Of a DNA stretch of 64,000 nt, positions 18,494-28,606 are shown piece after piece. A model generated the notes under the pieces. It did no database searches. It had not been told where the DNA came from and saw nothing but the letters and a program-made list of their open reading frames with translations. Positions within the stretch are counted from its first letter, which is position 1. Every line of letters starts with the position of its first letter. Source of the DNA: Planctomycetota bacterium. GTDB taxonomy: Bacteria > Planctomycetota > B15-G4 > JADJEK01. Location: positions 1-64,000 of the forward strand of contig JBGAIQ010000011.1 of NCBI GenBank assembly GCA_044225365.1, written 5' to 3'. A program made the translations under genes and the position numbers.

Positions 18494-20470
18494 ATGCGTA
18501 CCGAGTCGTCTCGCCTACCTTACTCGTCCGACCTCGCTGCACTCGCCCGTTCAGCGCGGTTCCCTCACCCGCTTGCAGGCTCTCGCCCTGCGCAACGAAT
18601 CGCGACGGAGTCGCAACCGCCTCCTGCGGACTCCGCACGGACCGCGCGGATCAAGAGCGAGTTCGAGAAGCGCTTCGGCGCGCTCGCGAACGACCCTGCG
18701 AAGTTCCACGAGATGCTCCGCACGATCTACGGCGAGAACTACGACTTCGCGAAGGCCGAGGCGCTGCGCGAGCGCGCGCTCGCCGGCGACTTCTCGTGGC
18801 TGCCGCCGATCGAGTTCGCGAGCGCCGTCGAACTTCACGGTGCGAACGGCGCCTACGACGCCAAGGACGGGGTCGTCTACCTCAACGAGGATCTCATGGG
18901 AGATCCGAAACTGCTCGCCGCCACGTATCTGGAGGAGGCGGGCCATCACCTCGACACACTGCTCGGCGCGGGAGATGCGGCCGGCGACGAAGGCGAATTG
19001 TTCCGCCGCCTGCTCTCCGGTGAGGATCTCTCGGCCGCACAGATCGCCGCGATCAAGAGCGAGAACGATCACGGCGTGATCACGGTCGACGGGAAACAGA
19101 TCGAAGTCGAGTTCTGGTTCGAAGACGTCGGCCAATCGATCTCCGACGGATTCAAGGCCGCGGGCGACTTCGTATCCGACGCGACGAAGCCGGTACGCGA
19201 TACGGCAAAGGCCGTGGGTGATGCCGTCGGCGCCGCGGGCTCGTCCGTCATGGGCGCCGTCCGCAATGCGGTCGAGTCGGCGGATTCTTGGCTCGGCGCT
19301 ACGTTCGGACCGTTCGGCGATGCGTTCGGCGATGTCCTGCGCGGCGCGGCCGGCGGTCTCGTCACGTTCGGCCAGGGCGTCGCCGACATCTTCGTCTGGC
19401 CGCTCATCGATGTGTTCGAAGGTCGCTTCGCCGACGCGCTCGAATCGCCGGTGCGCGGCCTCTCCAGGATCTTCATCCAGAGCCCCGAGCGATTCCTCAA
19501 CGGCTTCCTCGACGGCGCCGAAACGCTGACTCGCGCGATCCCGATCCCGATCGTCTCCGACGTGCTGACCCGCGGAGTGGACATCGTGCGGACGCTCTCT
19601 TCGATGTTTTTCGGCCTCGCCGACGACACCCTGCGCTTCTGCGGCTCGATGATCACGGATCCCGCGCGCCACCTCGAGACCGCGATCCACCGCCTGTTCC
19701 GCGGCGATTTCGGTGGCTTCGCCCTCTCGCTGCTATGGGCCGCGATCAGCCCGATCACGAACCTCGTTGGCTTCGTGACCGACGGAGCCTTCCGCGTCCT
19801 CTCCGCGATCGGCGCCATCGTGGGAGACCTCGGGGCGTCGCCGCCGTCGCGCGGCCTCTCCGCATCGGAGAAGGACGACCTGCGGGCGGTGTATGGCGAC
19901 TCCGTCGACCTCGATCAGATCCGCATCCGTCGCAACGATGTCTCGAATCAGGCCGGCATGAACCCGCACACGGTCGGCAACACGATCTACATGCCCGAAT
20001 CGATGACGGCTCCCGACGGCACGGTCATCCCCCTCTTCAACGCAGACGGTTCGCTCACGGACGCCGGCAAGATCGTGCTCGCGCACGAAGTCGGCCACGT
20101 GTGGCAGAACCAGAACGGCGGCGGCGACTACATGCACACCGCGGTGTGCGCGCAGTGCGAGGCGCTCGCCGCGTCGCTCGCGTCGGGATCGAACGCCAAC
20201 GTGGGCGCGGCCTACGACTGGCGGGCGCAGGCCGACCAGGGCGTGCCCTTCGACGAACTGACTCCGGAACAGCAGGCGAGCCTCATGGAAGACGCGGCGG
20301 CCGCGCAGCTCCTCGGCGATGGCGACGGCAAGCTCGAGACCTCGGACTTCGCATTCAACAGCGACTACACCGAGGACCCGATGACCGATGAGCAGCTCGC
20401 GTATCTGAACGCCGCGCTCGAGCTCGTGCGCCGTGGCGACGGGGCCTCGATCCACGGCGGACTCGGGTGA
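18494..20470 (+). CDS. Hypothetical protein with two zincin-like motifs (C-terminal DUF4157-like)
   Basis: GGAG RBS; LEEAGHHLD...DAAGDEG; hydrophobic middle region; TVGNTIY...LAHEVGHVWQ...EQQA. Confidence 0.75.
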   Translation: MRTESSRLPYSSDLAALARSARFPHPLAGSRPAQRIATESQPPPADSARTARIKSEFEKRFGALANDPAKFHEMLRTIYGENYDFAKAEALRERALAGDFSWLPPIEFASAVELHGANGAYDAKDGVVYLNEDLMGDPKLLAATYLEEAGHHLDTLLGAGDAAGDEGELFRRLLSGEDLSAAQIAAIKSENDHGVITVDGKQIEVEFWFEDVGQSISDGFKAAGDFVSDATKPVRDTAKAVGDAVGAAGSSVMGAVRNAVESADSWLGATFGPFGDAFGDVLRGAAGGLVTFGQGVADIFVWPLIDVFEGRFADALESPVRGLSRIFIQSPERFLNGFLDGAETLTRAIPIPIVSDVLTRGVDIVRTLSSMFFGLADDTLRFCGSMITDPARHLETAIHRLFRGDFGGFALSLLWAAISPITNLVGFVTDGAFRVLSAIGAIVGDLGASPPSRGLSASEKDDLRAVYGDSVDLDQIRIRRNDVSNQAGMNPHTVGNTIYMPESMTAPDGTVIPLFNADGSLTDAGKIVLAHEVGHVWQNQNGGGDYMHTAVCAQCEALAASLASGSNANVGAAYDWRAQADQGVPFDELTPEQQASLMEDAAAAQLLGDGDGKLETSDFAFNSDYTEDPMTDEQLAYLNAALELVRRGDGASIHGGLG

Positions 20471-20539
20471 GGCCGTCGAACCCAGGAATTCTTGTCGCGA
20501 ATTCGACCGTTTTCTCGTCCTCCAGCCCGGAGGTCCACG

Positions 20540-21877
20540 ATGTTCCGTTCCAGCGCGTTGCCATTCACGCTCCTGCTGCTCCTTGCTCCGCCAGCGCGAT
20601 CGAACACGATCGTCGTGTCGCCGACGGGATCGTTTCCGACGATCCAATTCGGCGTCGACGCGGCGCTCGCCGGGGATACCGTCGCGATCCAGGACGGCAC
20701 GTATCGGGAGAACATCGTCGTCCCCGCCGGCAAGAACGGTCTTCACCTCCTCGCGGCGGGCAAGGTGATCGTCGAAGCGCGAAAGGCGGCCGGCGCGGGC
20801 GGCGGGCCTGGGCTGACGATCCAGTCCGACGGAGTGCTCGTGAAGGGACTCTCCATTCGCAACGCGAAGGAGAATGCACAAGGAAACGACAACGGCGACG
20901 GGATCCGGATCCTCGCGAATTCCGTGACCCTTCAGTCCTGCTCGATCCTCGGCTCCGAGACGCACGGGATCTTCATCGGGGGTGACGGTGCGAAGTTGAA
21001 GAGCTGCACGATCGAGGCGTGCGAGATCGGCGCGCGAGCGGTCGACGCAAGCAATCTCGTCGTGTCGAAGTGCGCGGTGAACGGGTCGAGTCGAAGCGCG
21101 TTCGAGATCCAGAACTGCCCCGCGGCGACATTCACGAAGTGCTCGTTCAACTCCTTCGGCGATCCCGGCGCGATCGTGACGACGCAGGTCGCGAGCGATG
21201 GCGTCGTCGTGAAGCAATGCACGTTCACGTGCGGCGAGCGCGATGGAGTCTCGCTCCTGGGCAGCGGCGCATCCGTCCTCGCCTGCACGTTCACGGACAC
21301 GAGCGGCGGCATCGGCATCAACGGTGCAAATGTCACCGTCGAGAACTGCACTTTCGTGCGACTACGTGATGATGCGGCGGCGGTCAGCCTCGTCAACAGC
21401 AACGGTTCCCGCGTCGAGGACAACTCGATGACGGACGTCTCCGACCTCGCCGTGTTCGTCCGCACCGCCCTCGATGTCGTCGTTCGCGGAAACACCGTGA
21501 AGCGCGGCGGGTTCGAATTCGAGCCGGGATTCGAAGCCGATGACGACGCGAGCGTGGAGTTCGAGGACAACAGCGTCCTGGACAGCGGCGCGGGCTTCGA
21601 GATCCACGGACCGGATTGCGTGCTCCGCCACAACCTCGCGAAGCGAAGCATCCGCGACGGTTACTTCGTACAAGCGCTCGCGACGGGCGCGCTCATCGAC
21701 GGCAACGTCGCGGATCGTTGCGCGGCCGAGGGCCTCGATCATCGCGGCGCGGGATCGACGATTCGGAACAACGTCCTGAAGAAGTGCCGCCTCGATCTCA
21801 CGAACGACGGCACCGCCGTCTTCCAGAACAACGATTTCAAGACCGGCGGCACGAACGTCCCGGGCGAGATCGACTGA
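20540..21877 (+). CDS. Secreted right-handed parallel beta-helix (pectin-lyase fold/NosD-like) protein
   Basis: GGAGG RBS, signal peptide, TIQ.GVDAA..GDTV.I..GTY.E, repeated beta-helix rungs. Confidence 0.85.
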   Translation: MFRSSALPFTLLLLLAPPARSNTIVVSPTGSFPTIQFGVDAALAGDTVAIQDGTYRENIVVPAGKNGLHLLAAGKVIVEARKAAGAGGGPGLTIQSDGVLVKGLSIRNAKENAQGNDNGDGIRILANSVTLQSCSILGSETHGIFIGGDGAKLKSCTIEACEIGARAVDASNLVVSKCAVNGSSRSAFEIQNCPAATFTKCSFNSFGDPGAIVTTQVASDGVVVKQCTFTCGERDGVSLLGSGASVLACTFTDTSGGIGINGANVTVENCTFVRLRDDAAAVSLVNSNGSRVEDNSMTDVSDLAVFVRTALDVVVRGNTVKRGGFEFEPGFEADDDASVEFEDNSVLDSGAGFEIHGPDCVLRHNLAKRSIRDGYFVQALATGALIDGNVADRCAAEGLDHRGAGSTIRNNVLKKCRLDLTNDGTAVFQNNDFKTGGTNVPGEID

Positions 21878-21890
21878 GGAGCCGATTCCC

Positions 21891-23240
21891 ATGACGTACA
21901 AGATCCTCATCTCCTCCATGCTCTGCGTACCGTTGCTCGCGCTCGTCTCGCACGCCGCGACCATCACGGTTTCACCCATCGGAGCGATCCAGACCGTCCA
22001 GTCCGGCATCGACGCGGCGAGCCCGGGCGACACGATCATCGTGAAGGCCGGCGTGTATCAGGAGAACCCGCGCATCCCCGGCGGCAAGACGGGCCTTCGC
22101 ATCGTCGCCGACGGAAACGTCACCATCGAGGCGCTCCCCGCAGGTGGAGCCGAGGCCGGTGCGGGAATCGTCGTCGACTCGCAAGACGTCACGCTCGAGG
22201 GCTTCTCGATTCGCAATGCGAGGTCCTCGGGAGGGAGCGATGAGACCGCGGATGGCAATGGTGTCGTGGCGCGCGCATCCGGTTTCATCGCTCGCAAGCT
22301 GACGCTGATCGGCAACGAGCGGCTCGGCATCTTCGTGAACGCGAGCGGCGCACGCATCGACGGTTGCAAATTCCGTGGTGGAGAGGTCGGCCTTCGATTC
22401 GAAGGGACGAGCAACGGCGTCGTGACCGGCTGCGACTTCCGCCTCGTCGGCGAATACGGGATGTTGTTCGCGAACATCTCCACGCTCGAGATCGATCACT
22501 CCACCTTCTTCGGTATCGAGGACGGCAATGGCATCTCGAGCGATGGCGGCGTCAACACGGGCGTCGCCGTTCACGACTGCACTTTTTCGACCGGTGACAA
22601 CGCAGGTCTCGACATCGATGCGACGAACGTGACGATCGAACGCAATACGATCTCGAACACTGGAGGAGGGATCGTCGTCCATGGCTCGACCATCGTCGTT
22701 CGCGACAATTCGATCTCGCTCGTCCCGAACAAGCCGGCGATCGATGTCAAAGCCACCTCGAACGTCACGATCGAGCGGAACACGATCCATGACTTCGCCG
22801 ACGAAGGCATCTTCCTGCGAAGCACGACGATCGGCGCCCTCGTCCAGGACAACAAGGTGAGCCAGGGACGGCGGCGCGAGAGCGCGGCGTTCCGGCTCGA
22901 CGGCAAGGACCACGTCGTCACCGGAAACACCGTGAAGGATGTCGCCGGCGACGGCTTCTTGATCGAGGGCGATACGTCGACGATCTCGAACAACAGCGTG
23001 AAGCGCGCGGGCCGCGACGGCTACGACATCGCGAACTCTGCCGTCCTGATCGTCCTCGATGCCAACACGGCGAGCGACTGCAGAGCGGAAGGAATCGATC
23101 ACACGGGCATCTTCGCCACGATCACGAACAACATCGTGAAGAACTGTCGGATCGACGTGGCCGCGATCGGATCGCTGAACGCTTTCACGAGCAACGTGTT
23201 CACGACCGGCGGAACGTCAACGCTGCCCGAGATCGACTGA
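21891..23240 (+). CDS. Secreted right-handed beta-helix protein, paralog of the upstream gene
   Basis: GAGGAG RBS, TVQSGIDAA.PGDTI.V.AGVY.E, shared C-terminus. Confidence 0.85.
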   Translation: MTYKILISSMLCVPLLALVSHAATITVSPIGAIQTVQSGIDAASPGDTIIVKAGVYQENPRIPGGKTGLRIVADGNVTIEALPAGGAEAGAGIVVDSQDVTLEGFSIRNARSSGGSDETADGNGVVARASGFIARKLTLIGNERLGIFVNASGARIDGCKFRGGEVGLRFEGTSNGVVTGCDFRLVGEYGMLFANISTLEIDHSTFFGIEDGNGISSDGGVNTGVAVHDCTFSTGDNAGLDIDATNVTIERNTISNTGGGIVVHGSTIVVRDNSISLVPNKPAIDVKATSNVTIERNTIHDFADEGIFLRSTTIGALVQDNKVSQGRRRESAAFRLDGKDHVVTGNTVKDVAGDGFLIEGDTSTISNNSVKRAGRDGYDIANSAVLIVLDANTASDCRAEGIDHTGIFATITNNIVKNCRIDVAAIGSLNAFTSNVFTTGGTSTLPEID

Positions 23241-24797
23241 GAGCGGCCGCTCTTCCTTCAAGCTCTCGCGATCGATCGGATACTGCGCGTCGCGCGATGC
23301 GAGGAGTTCGAGCATCGTTCCGCTCAGCGTCTTCACTCGCTCTTGCTGTTGCGCGGCGAGGTCGTGGTTCTCGCCAAGGTCGTGCGCGAGGTCGTACAGT
23401 TCGTACCGGCGCGGAACCGCGAGCCAGATCAACTTGAAGTCGCCGACTCGCAGCCAGGTGAACGGCTCGTAGCCCTTTCCTTTGGGACCCCAAACGTGCG
23501 GGTAGTGGACGAGCAGCGGGCGTTCGCGCCGGAACGCGAACTCCTCGGCATTTCCCTTCGCGGCGGGATCGAGGAGCGGGACGATGCTGTGTCCGTCGAC
23601 GACGTGCGACGCCGGCACGCTCGCGCCCGCAAGCTCGAGAATGGTCGGGAAGAGATCTTCGATGATCGTCGGCGCATCGCACACGAAGTCCCGCGCGACA
23701 TGGATTCGAGCCTGCAGGGGCTCGTCGTCCCCCGTCTTCGCGAACGCCACGATCTGCGGAATGCGCGTGCCGCCTTCGTAGGCGTTGCCCTTCCCCGCGC
23801 GCAGCGGGAAGTTGTAGGAATGGTCGGCATCGCCGAACGGAATCGATCCACGCGCTTCCGTCGCGAGACCGCCGTTGTCGGAGGCGAAGATCACGAGCGT
23901 TCGCTCGGCCACACGCAGCCGATCGAGCATGACGAGGACCGCGCCGAGACTGCGATCCACGCCCTCGATCATCGACGCGTAGCGCGCTTCCTTCTCGTCG
24001 AGGCCGGCCGCGCGGTACTTCTCGATGTAGGGAGCATGCGGTTCGAGAGGGACATGCACCGCGTAGTGCGCGAGGTAGAGGAAGAACGGCTTGCCGTCCT
24101 TCACCGCACCTTCGACGGCGCGATTCGCTTCGATCGTGAGCGCGTCCGTGAGGTGCACCGGCAGACCGTGATACGCCTCGAGCTCGGGAACGGCCCACAC
24201 CGGATTCGCCGCGCCATAGCCGTTCTCGCCTTGATAGCTGCCCGGTGCACCGGCGGCGTGACCCGCGATGCTGATGTCGAATCCGAGATTCTCCGGCGCT
24301 TCGCCGGGAGTCGAGCGCGCGCCGAAGTGCGCCTTGCCGACGTGGATCGTGCGATAGCCGGCGTCCCGAAGCGCTCCGGGCAACGTCACTCCACCTGGCT
24401 GCAATCCGTTGCGCTTCCAATCCGGGGGACTGAGGAGTCGCATGCCTTGCGCGGACGGATCCGCGTCCTTCTCGCGCGTCCACTGCGTCACATGATGGCG
24501 CGCCGCATTCTGTCCCGTGAGGAAGCTCGTGCGCGACGGACTGCACACCGGACAGGCGTAGGCCTGAGTGAAGCGGACTCCCGACTTCGCGAGACGTGCG
24601 ACGTTCGGCGTCGCGTACCGCGTGTTCTGCGGCATCGGCTCGCCCGCGAGGGGCACGGACGTATCGAGCCAACCGAGGTCGTCGACGAGGAAGACGACGA
24701 TGTTCGGTCGATCACTTGATTCCCTGACTACCATCGCGTCGCCCGAGCACGGGACGAGGAGCGCAAAGATCAACGCGAGATGAAGACGCACGCGCAT
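23217..24797 (-). CDS. Secreted Cys-type (formylglycine) sulfatase
   Basis: PNIVVFLVDDLG, CSPSR, GKAH, SDNGG, YEGG.R.P, ELYDL..D.GE. Confidence 0.95.
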   Translation of the reverse strand: MRVRLHLALIFALLVPCSGDAMVVRESSDRPNIVVFLVDDLGWLDTSVPLAGEPMPQNTRYATPNVARLAKSGVRFTQAYACPVCSPSRTSFLTGQNAARHHVTQWTREKDADPSAQGMRLLSPPDWKRNGLQPGGVTLPGALRDAGYRTIHVGKAHFGARSTPGEAPENLGFDISIAGHAAGAPGSYQGENGYGAANPVWAVPELEAYHGLPVHLTDALTIEANRAVEGAVKDGKPFFLYLAHYAVHVPLEPHAPYIEKYRAAGLDEKEARYASMIEGVDRSLGAVLVMLDRLRVAERTLVIFASDNGGLATEARGSIPFGDADHSYNFPLRAGKGNAYEGGTRIPQIVAFAKTGDDEPLQARIHVARDFVCDAPTIIEDLFPTILELAGASVPASHVVDGHSIVPLLDPAAKGNAEEFAFRRERPLLVHYPHVWGPKGKGYEPFTWLRVGDFKLIWLAVPRRYELYDLAHDLGENHDLAAQQQERVKTLSGTMLELLASRDAQYPIDRESLKEERPLSVDLGQR

Positions 24798-24886
24798 CGC
24801 GGTTCGCTCCTTGACGGCTCGGGGTGGGGACAGGATACGCTGCTGTCGTCGTTCGCGGCAGTCACCCCCTCCCACCGAGTTCGCCC

Positions 24887-26470
24887 ATGCAACTTCCCGT
24901 GAGAACGAATCACGTCGCGTCGATCTTCATTGCCTTCGTCTCCCTGGCGCACGCGCAATGGAATCCCAATTCGGGGCAATGGGGCAAGACCGACTCGCGC
25001 GACCTGCGCATCATGACGTGGAACGTACAGGACGGGTTGTGCTCGACGAATTCGAAGGTCAGCGGCGCGAACAACTGGTCCGCACTCGCTCGCATCGTCG
25101 CCGCGATGAAGCCCGACGTGCTCTTCCTCCAGGAATGCGCGGACAACAACGGGAATGGAACGGGATCGAACGTCGACTCCGTCAGCAACCTGACGACGAC
25201 GCTCAACATGTTCCTCCATGGCGGCAGCGACTCGTTCCACGGCGGGTCACCGATCACGTCGTACGTGCAGCTCTACGCGCCCGGTTTCGACTTGCCGTTC
25301 ATCTTCGTCTCGACGATCACCGACGGCTTCAATCGCAACGTGATCCTCTCGCGCTACCCGTTCAAGGACTTGAACGGGGACACGAAGACGCAGCTCTCCG
25401 ACGTCCCGAATCTCACGGCGGAGCTCTACTCCGTCGGCGGGAACGGCGGGATCCGCGGCTTCATGACCGCGGAGATCGATCTGCCGGATCTTCTCTACGC
25501 CGGCGATCTCGTCGCGGGAACGTGCCACCTGAAAGCCGGATCCGCGGCTTCCGATCAGACCGAGCGACTGAACGCCGCGAAGAACATCGCGTACTTCATC
25601 GACTACTTCTGGAACGGGGGCGGCACGAGCCTTCCCGATCCGCACGGCAAGATCGCGGACAGCCCGGCCGCGACCAAAGTCCTCTCGGGCGCGACGGCGT
25701 TCATCTGCGGCGGCGACTGGAACGAGGACGAGGCGACCGACGGTATCAAGGGCCCGCCGGATTGGATCACCAAGGCGGCGACTCTGGATCCCGCCGGCAC
25801 GGACGGCCCGGATCGCAATCGCACGGACATGACGTTCGACTCCGCGGTCGACGTCTTCACCGGCAACAAGGGCACGATCGGAACAGGCACGACGAAGTTC
25901 GACTACATCGCGTGGCAGGACTCACTCGTCACCGTGCGGCGCGCATTCCGCTTCGACTCGGCAAGCGTCACTCCCGCTCTTGCGATGCCGCCCGAGATCG
26001 TCGGATTCTCACCCAGCGCGTCGCAGGCGAGTTCGTTCGCCTCCGATCATCGGTGCGTCGTCGCCGACTTCATCCTCGTGCCGCCGATCGGTTGCAACAC
26101 CGCGGGCATCGACGAGGGCTTTGCCAAGCTCGGCGGCAATTCGAAGTACCCGACCTTCGCCGCGTGCGGCAGTCTCGGCACGGGCGGCACCGCCACGGTG
26201 ACGCTCACCAACGCGGCGCCGACGGCTGCGGCGTTCGCGTTCGTCTCCCTGCAAGCCGGTTGGACGATCACGCTCGGAGGAACGCTCGTGCCGCAGAACG
26301 CGTCGATCCTCGGCCCGTTCTTCACGGATGCCACGGGCGGACTCGCCATTCCGGGCGTACCCGGAGGCGGTGGCCCCGCGGTCGTTCACGTGCAGTGGCT
26401 GATCCACGACACGCTCGCGAGTCAGGGCTGGAGCCTCTCCAACGCCGTCGGTCTCTCGATCCTGCCGTGA
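24887..26470 (+). CDS. Secreted endonuclease/exonuclease/phosphatase (EEP) family protein with a conserved C-terminal domain
   Basis: MTWNV, DVLFLQE, ILSRYP, HLKA, GGDWN, FDYI, SDH. Confidence 0.85.
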   Translation: MQLPVRTNHVASIFIAFVSLAHAQWNPNSGQWGKTDSRDLRIMTWNVQDGLCSTNSKVSGANNWSALARIVAAMKPDVLFLQECADNNGNGTGSNVDSVSNLTTTLNMFLHGGSDSFHGGSPITSYVQLYAPGFDLPFIFVSTITDGFNRNVILSRYPFKDLNGDTKTQLSDVPNLTAELYSVGGNGGIRGFMTAEIDLPDLLYAGDLVAGTCHLKAGSAASDQTERLNAAKNIAYFIDYFWNGGGTSLPDPHGKIADSPAATKVLSGATAFICGGDWNEDEATDGIKGPPDWITKAATLDPAGTDGPDRNRTDMTFDSAVDVFTGNKGTIGTGTTKFDYIAWQDSLVTVRRAFRFDSASVTPALAMPPEIVGFSPSASQASSFASDHRCVVADFILVPPIGCNTAGIDEGFAKLGGNSKYPTFAACGSLGTGGTATVTLTNAAPTAAAFAFVSLQAGWTITLGGTLVPQNASILGPFFTDATGGLAIPGVPGGGGPAVVHVQWLIHDTLASQGWSLSNAVGLSILP

Positions 26471-26477
26471 TCGTTGA

Positions 26478-27065
26478 TCAGCGCGGCGCGTCGTCGATGA
26501 CGCTCGCGTGGATCCCGAAGCGCGAGTTCGGGAACTCTCGCGCGCAGCGTTCCCACGACGCCCGCATCGCGGCGAAGTCCTTGTTGCCCGCGATGAAGCC
26601 CGCCATGCCCTGCAGGTACAGCGCTTCGGGGACGACCGGCGCATCGGCGAAGTCGCGCAGCAGTTCGTCGCACAGCGCCTTCGAGCCGACGGCGTCGCCG
26701 CGCTGCCATGCGGCCTGCGCCCGCACGAACAACAATTCGGCGCGATACGCTCGCGGCGGCAGCCAACCCGTGTAACGCCGGATCTCGCGGCCCTTCTCGC
26801 TGAAGATGAACGTGGGTGCGAACGACACGCGCTGCCCCATGCTCGCTTCCTTCATGTCGGGATGTCTCGCGAGGAGATCGATCTTCAGCCCGACGAAGCT
26901 GGAACGGAGTGCGCTCTCGACCTCGGAGTCTGGATACGTCACGGTATCCATGCGACGGCAGCCCAGTCAGCCGGGCGCGTGCACGAAGGTCATCAGGATG
27001 CGATTCTCGGCCTCGGCCTTGGTGCGAGCGTCGGCGAGGGAAGAGAGGAAGAAGTCATCGAGCAT
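26478..27065 (-). CDS. Probable selenoprotein: thioredoxin-like (UxxC) domain plus TPR-like helical tail
   Basis: In-frame TGA at 26967-26969 joins two ORFs to read HAPG-U-LGCRRMDTVTYPD; cis-Pro loop FAPT; hairpin downstream of the TGA. Confidence 0.85.
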
Positions 27066-27142
27066 GATCGGTCTCGTTCGTTGCGTCCCCCGCACGATAC
27101 AAGAATCGGGGCCGCGGCACACGACCGTGCACGCATGGGCCG

Positions 27143-28606
27143 TCAGCGACCGCTCCCCGACGCCGTCGCCTTCCAATCCGGATGCACCTCCAGGAACAAG
27201 GTGTCCGCGCCGCGCGTGACGAAGAGTGAGATCGTCGCCGCATGCGCCGCGGCGGCCGTCGCGAGTTTGTTCGACAGGTCCGTCGCGTCCGCGACGGACG
27301 CACCGTCCACCTCGCGAACGATGTCGCCGACCCGCACGCCCGCGAGGCCCGCGAATCCCGTTCGCTTCACGATCGTTGCCCGCGCGCCCTTCGCGTCGCT
27401 CGGCAGATCGAGATCGGCACGATCCGAGTAGACGAGATCGCGCGCGGTGATACCGAATGCCGGACTCTCCGCCTTCTTCGCGTCGTTCACCTGAGCCGGC
27501 GCTGCGACGAGTTGCGCCTTCGCCACGTCTTCCGTCTCCCCGCGACGATACGAGAGTGCAATCACATCTCCCGGAGCATGAGCGCCGAGTTTGCTCGAGA
27601 GTTCGGTCTGATCGCCCTCGGCCTTGCAGTGCAAGGCTTCACCGTCGATCGCGAACAGGAGATCACCGCTGCGAAGGCCCGCGTTCGCTGCGGGCGAGTC
27701 CGGCATCACGCGCGTGAGGAGCACGCCCATTCGTGCTTGGGGTACGCCCAGCGCCGCCGCGAGTTCCGGAAGGAGGACCTGCGACTCGATGCCGAGCCAC
27801 CCGCGCACGCTCGCCACGGGTTCCTTGGTGGATTGCGTTGCATTCTCCGGCGGCTGCGCGACGAGACTCGCAAAGCGCGAGGCGGGCACGACGACGATCT
27901 CGTCGCCGTTGTTGTCGTAGCCCTGGATGTCGGCGAGCAGGTCGAGCGACCGCTCACCGGTGACGGGGTCGGACTTCGGAGTGCGCGCGAGCAGCGACAG
28001 GTGATTCACGATGCCGACGATGCGTCCGTCGAACGCGACGACCGGAGCGCCGAGATAGTCGGAGATCGCATACGTCGTGACGTAGCACTTGGGATCCGCA
28101 ATGGCGGCGCTCACCATGAATGCATCGATGTACGGGGCGGAGCGGAAGCTCGGACCCGCGAGACGCAAGGTCGCGAAGAAGTCGCCGACGTCGAGAGCGT
28201 CGTTCTTCGCGAACTCGATCGGCGCGATCTCGAAACCGTCGTCCGCGAGCGACAAGAACGCGAGGCTCGTCGCCGCGTCCATTCCGCGAAGTTTGGCGTC
28301 GAACGTCTTCCCGCCCGCGATCGTGACTCGAATCGAAGTGATTCGCGAGCCGAGCGCCGCGCTCTCCTTGAACAGATCCGAGGGCGTCATCACGAGCCGC
28401 TTCTGAACGACCACTCCGATGCCATGGCTCTCGAGGTCGACGTCGACACCGTTGTCGAGTTGCTTGCGAACGACCGAATCGACTCGAACGACCGACGGAC
28501 CCACCTTCTGATGGATCGTCCGCAGTTGGCTCGAGTCGCTCGTCTGCGCCCCTGCGAGGTGTGAGAACGCGAGGACGAATGCGGTGGTCAGGATCCGAAG
28601 TCTCAT
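27143..28606 (-). CDS. HtrA-like protein with two PDZ domains, apparently non-catalytic
   Basis: PSVVRV, GIGVVV, G.PV...DGRIVGI, GWLGI PDZ; lacks the TNxH and GNSGG motifs. Confidence 0.8.
   Translation of the reverse strand: MRLRILTTAFVLAFSHLAGAQTSDSSQLRTIHQKVGPSVVRVDSVVRKQLDNGVDVDLESHGIGVVVQKRLVMTPSDLFKESAALGSRITSIRVTIAGGKTFDAKLRGMDAATSLAFLSLADDGFEIAPIEFAKNDALDVGDFFATLRLAGPSFRSAPYIDAFMVSAAIADPKCYVTTYAISDYLGAPVVAFDGRIVGIVNHLSLLARTPKSDPVTGERSLDLLADIQGYDNNGDEIVVVPASRFASLVAQPPENATQSTKEPVASVRGWLGIESQVLLPELAAALGVPQARMGVLLTRVMPDSPAANAGLRSGDLLFAIDGEALHCKAEGDQTELSSKLGAHAPGDVIALSYRRGETEDVAKAQLVAAPAQVNDAKKAESPAFGITARDLVYSDRADLDLPSDAKGARATIVKRTGFAGLAGVRVGDIVREVDGASVADATDLSNKLATAAAAHAATISLFVTRGADTLFLEVHPDWKATASGSGR

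Noticed and set aside
26967-26969. Genome-wide UGA reassignment (genetic code 4 or 25)
   Set aside because: Many well-supported genes end in TGA, including ATGA/GTGA overlaps; in-frame TGA was convincing only at redox Cys positions.
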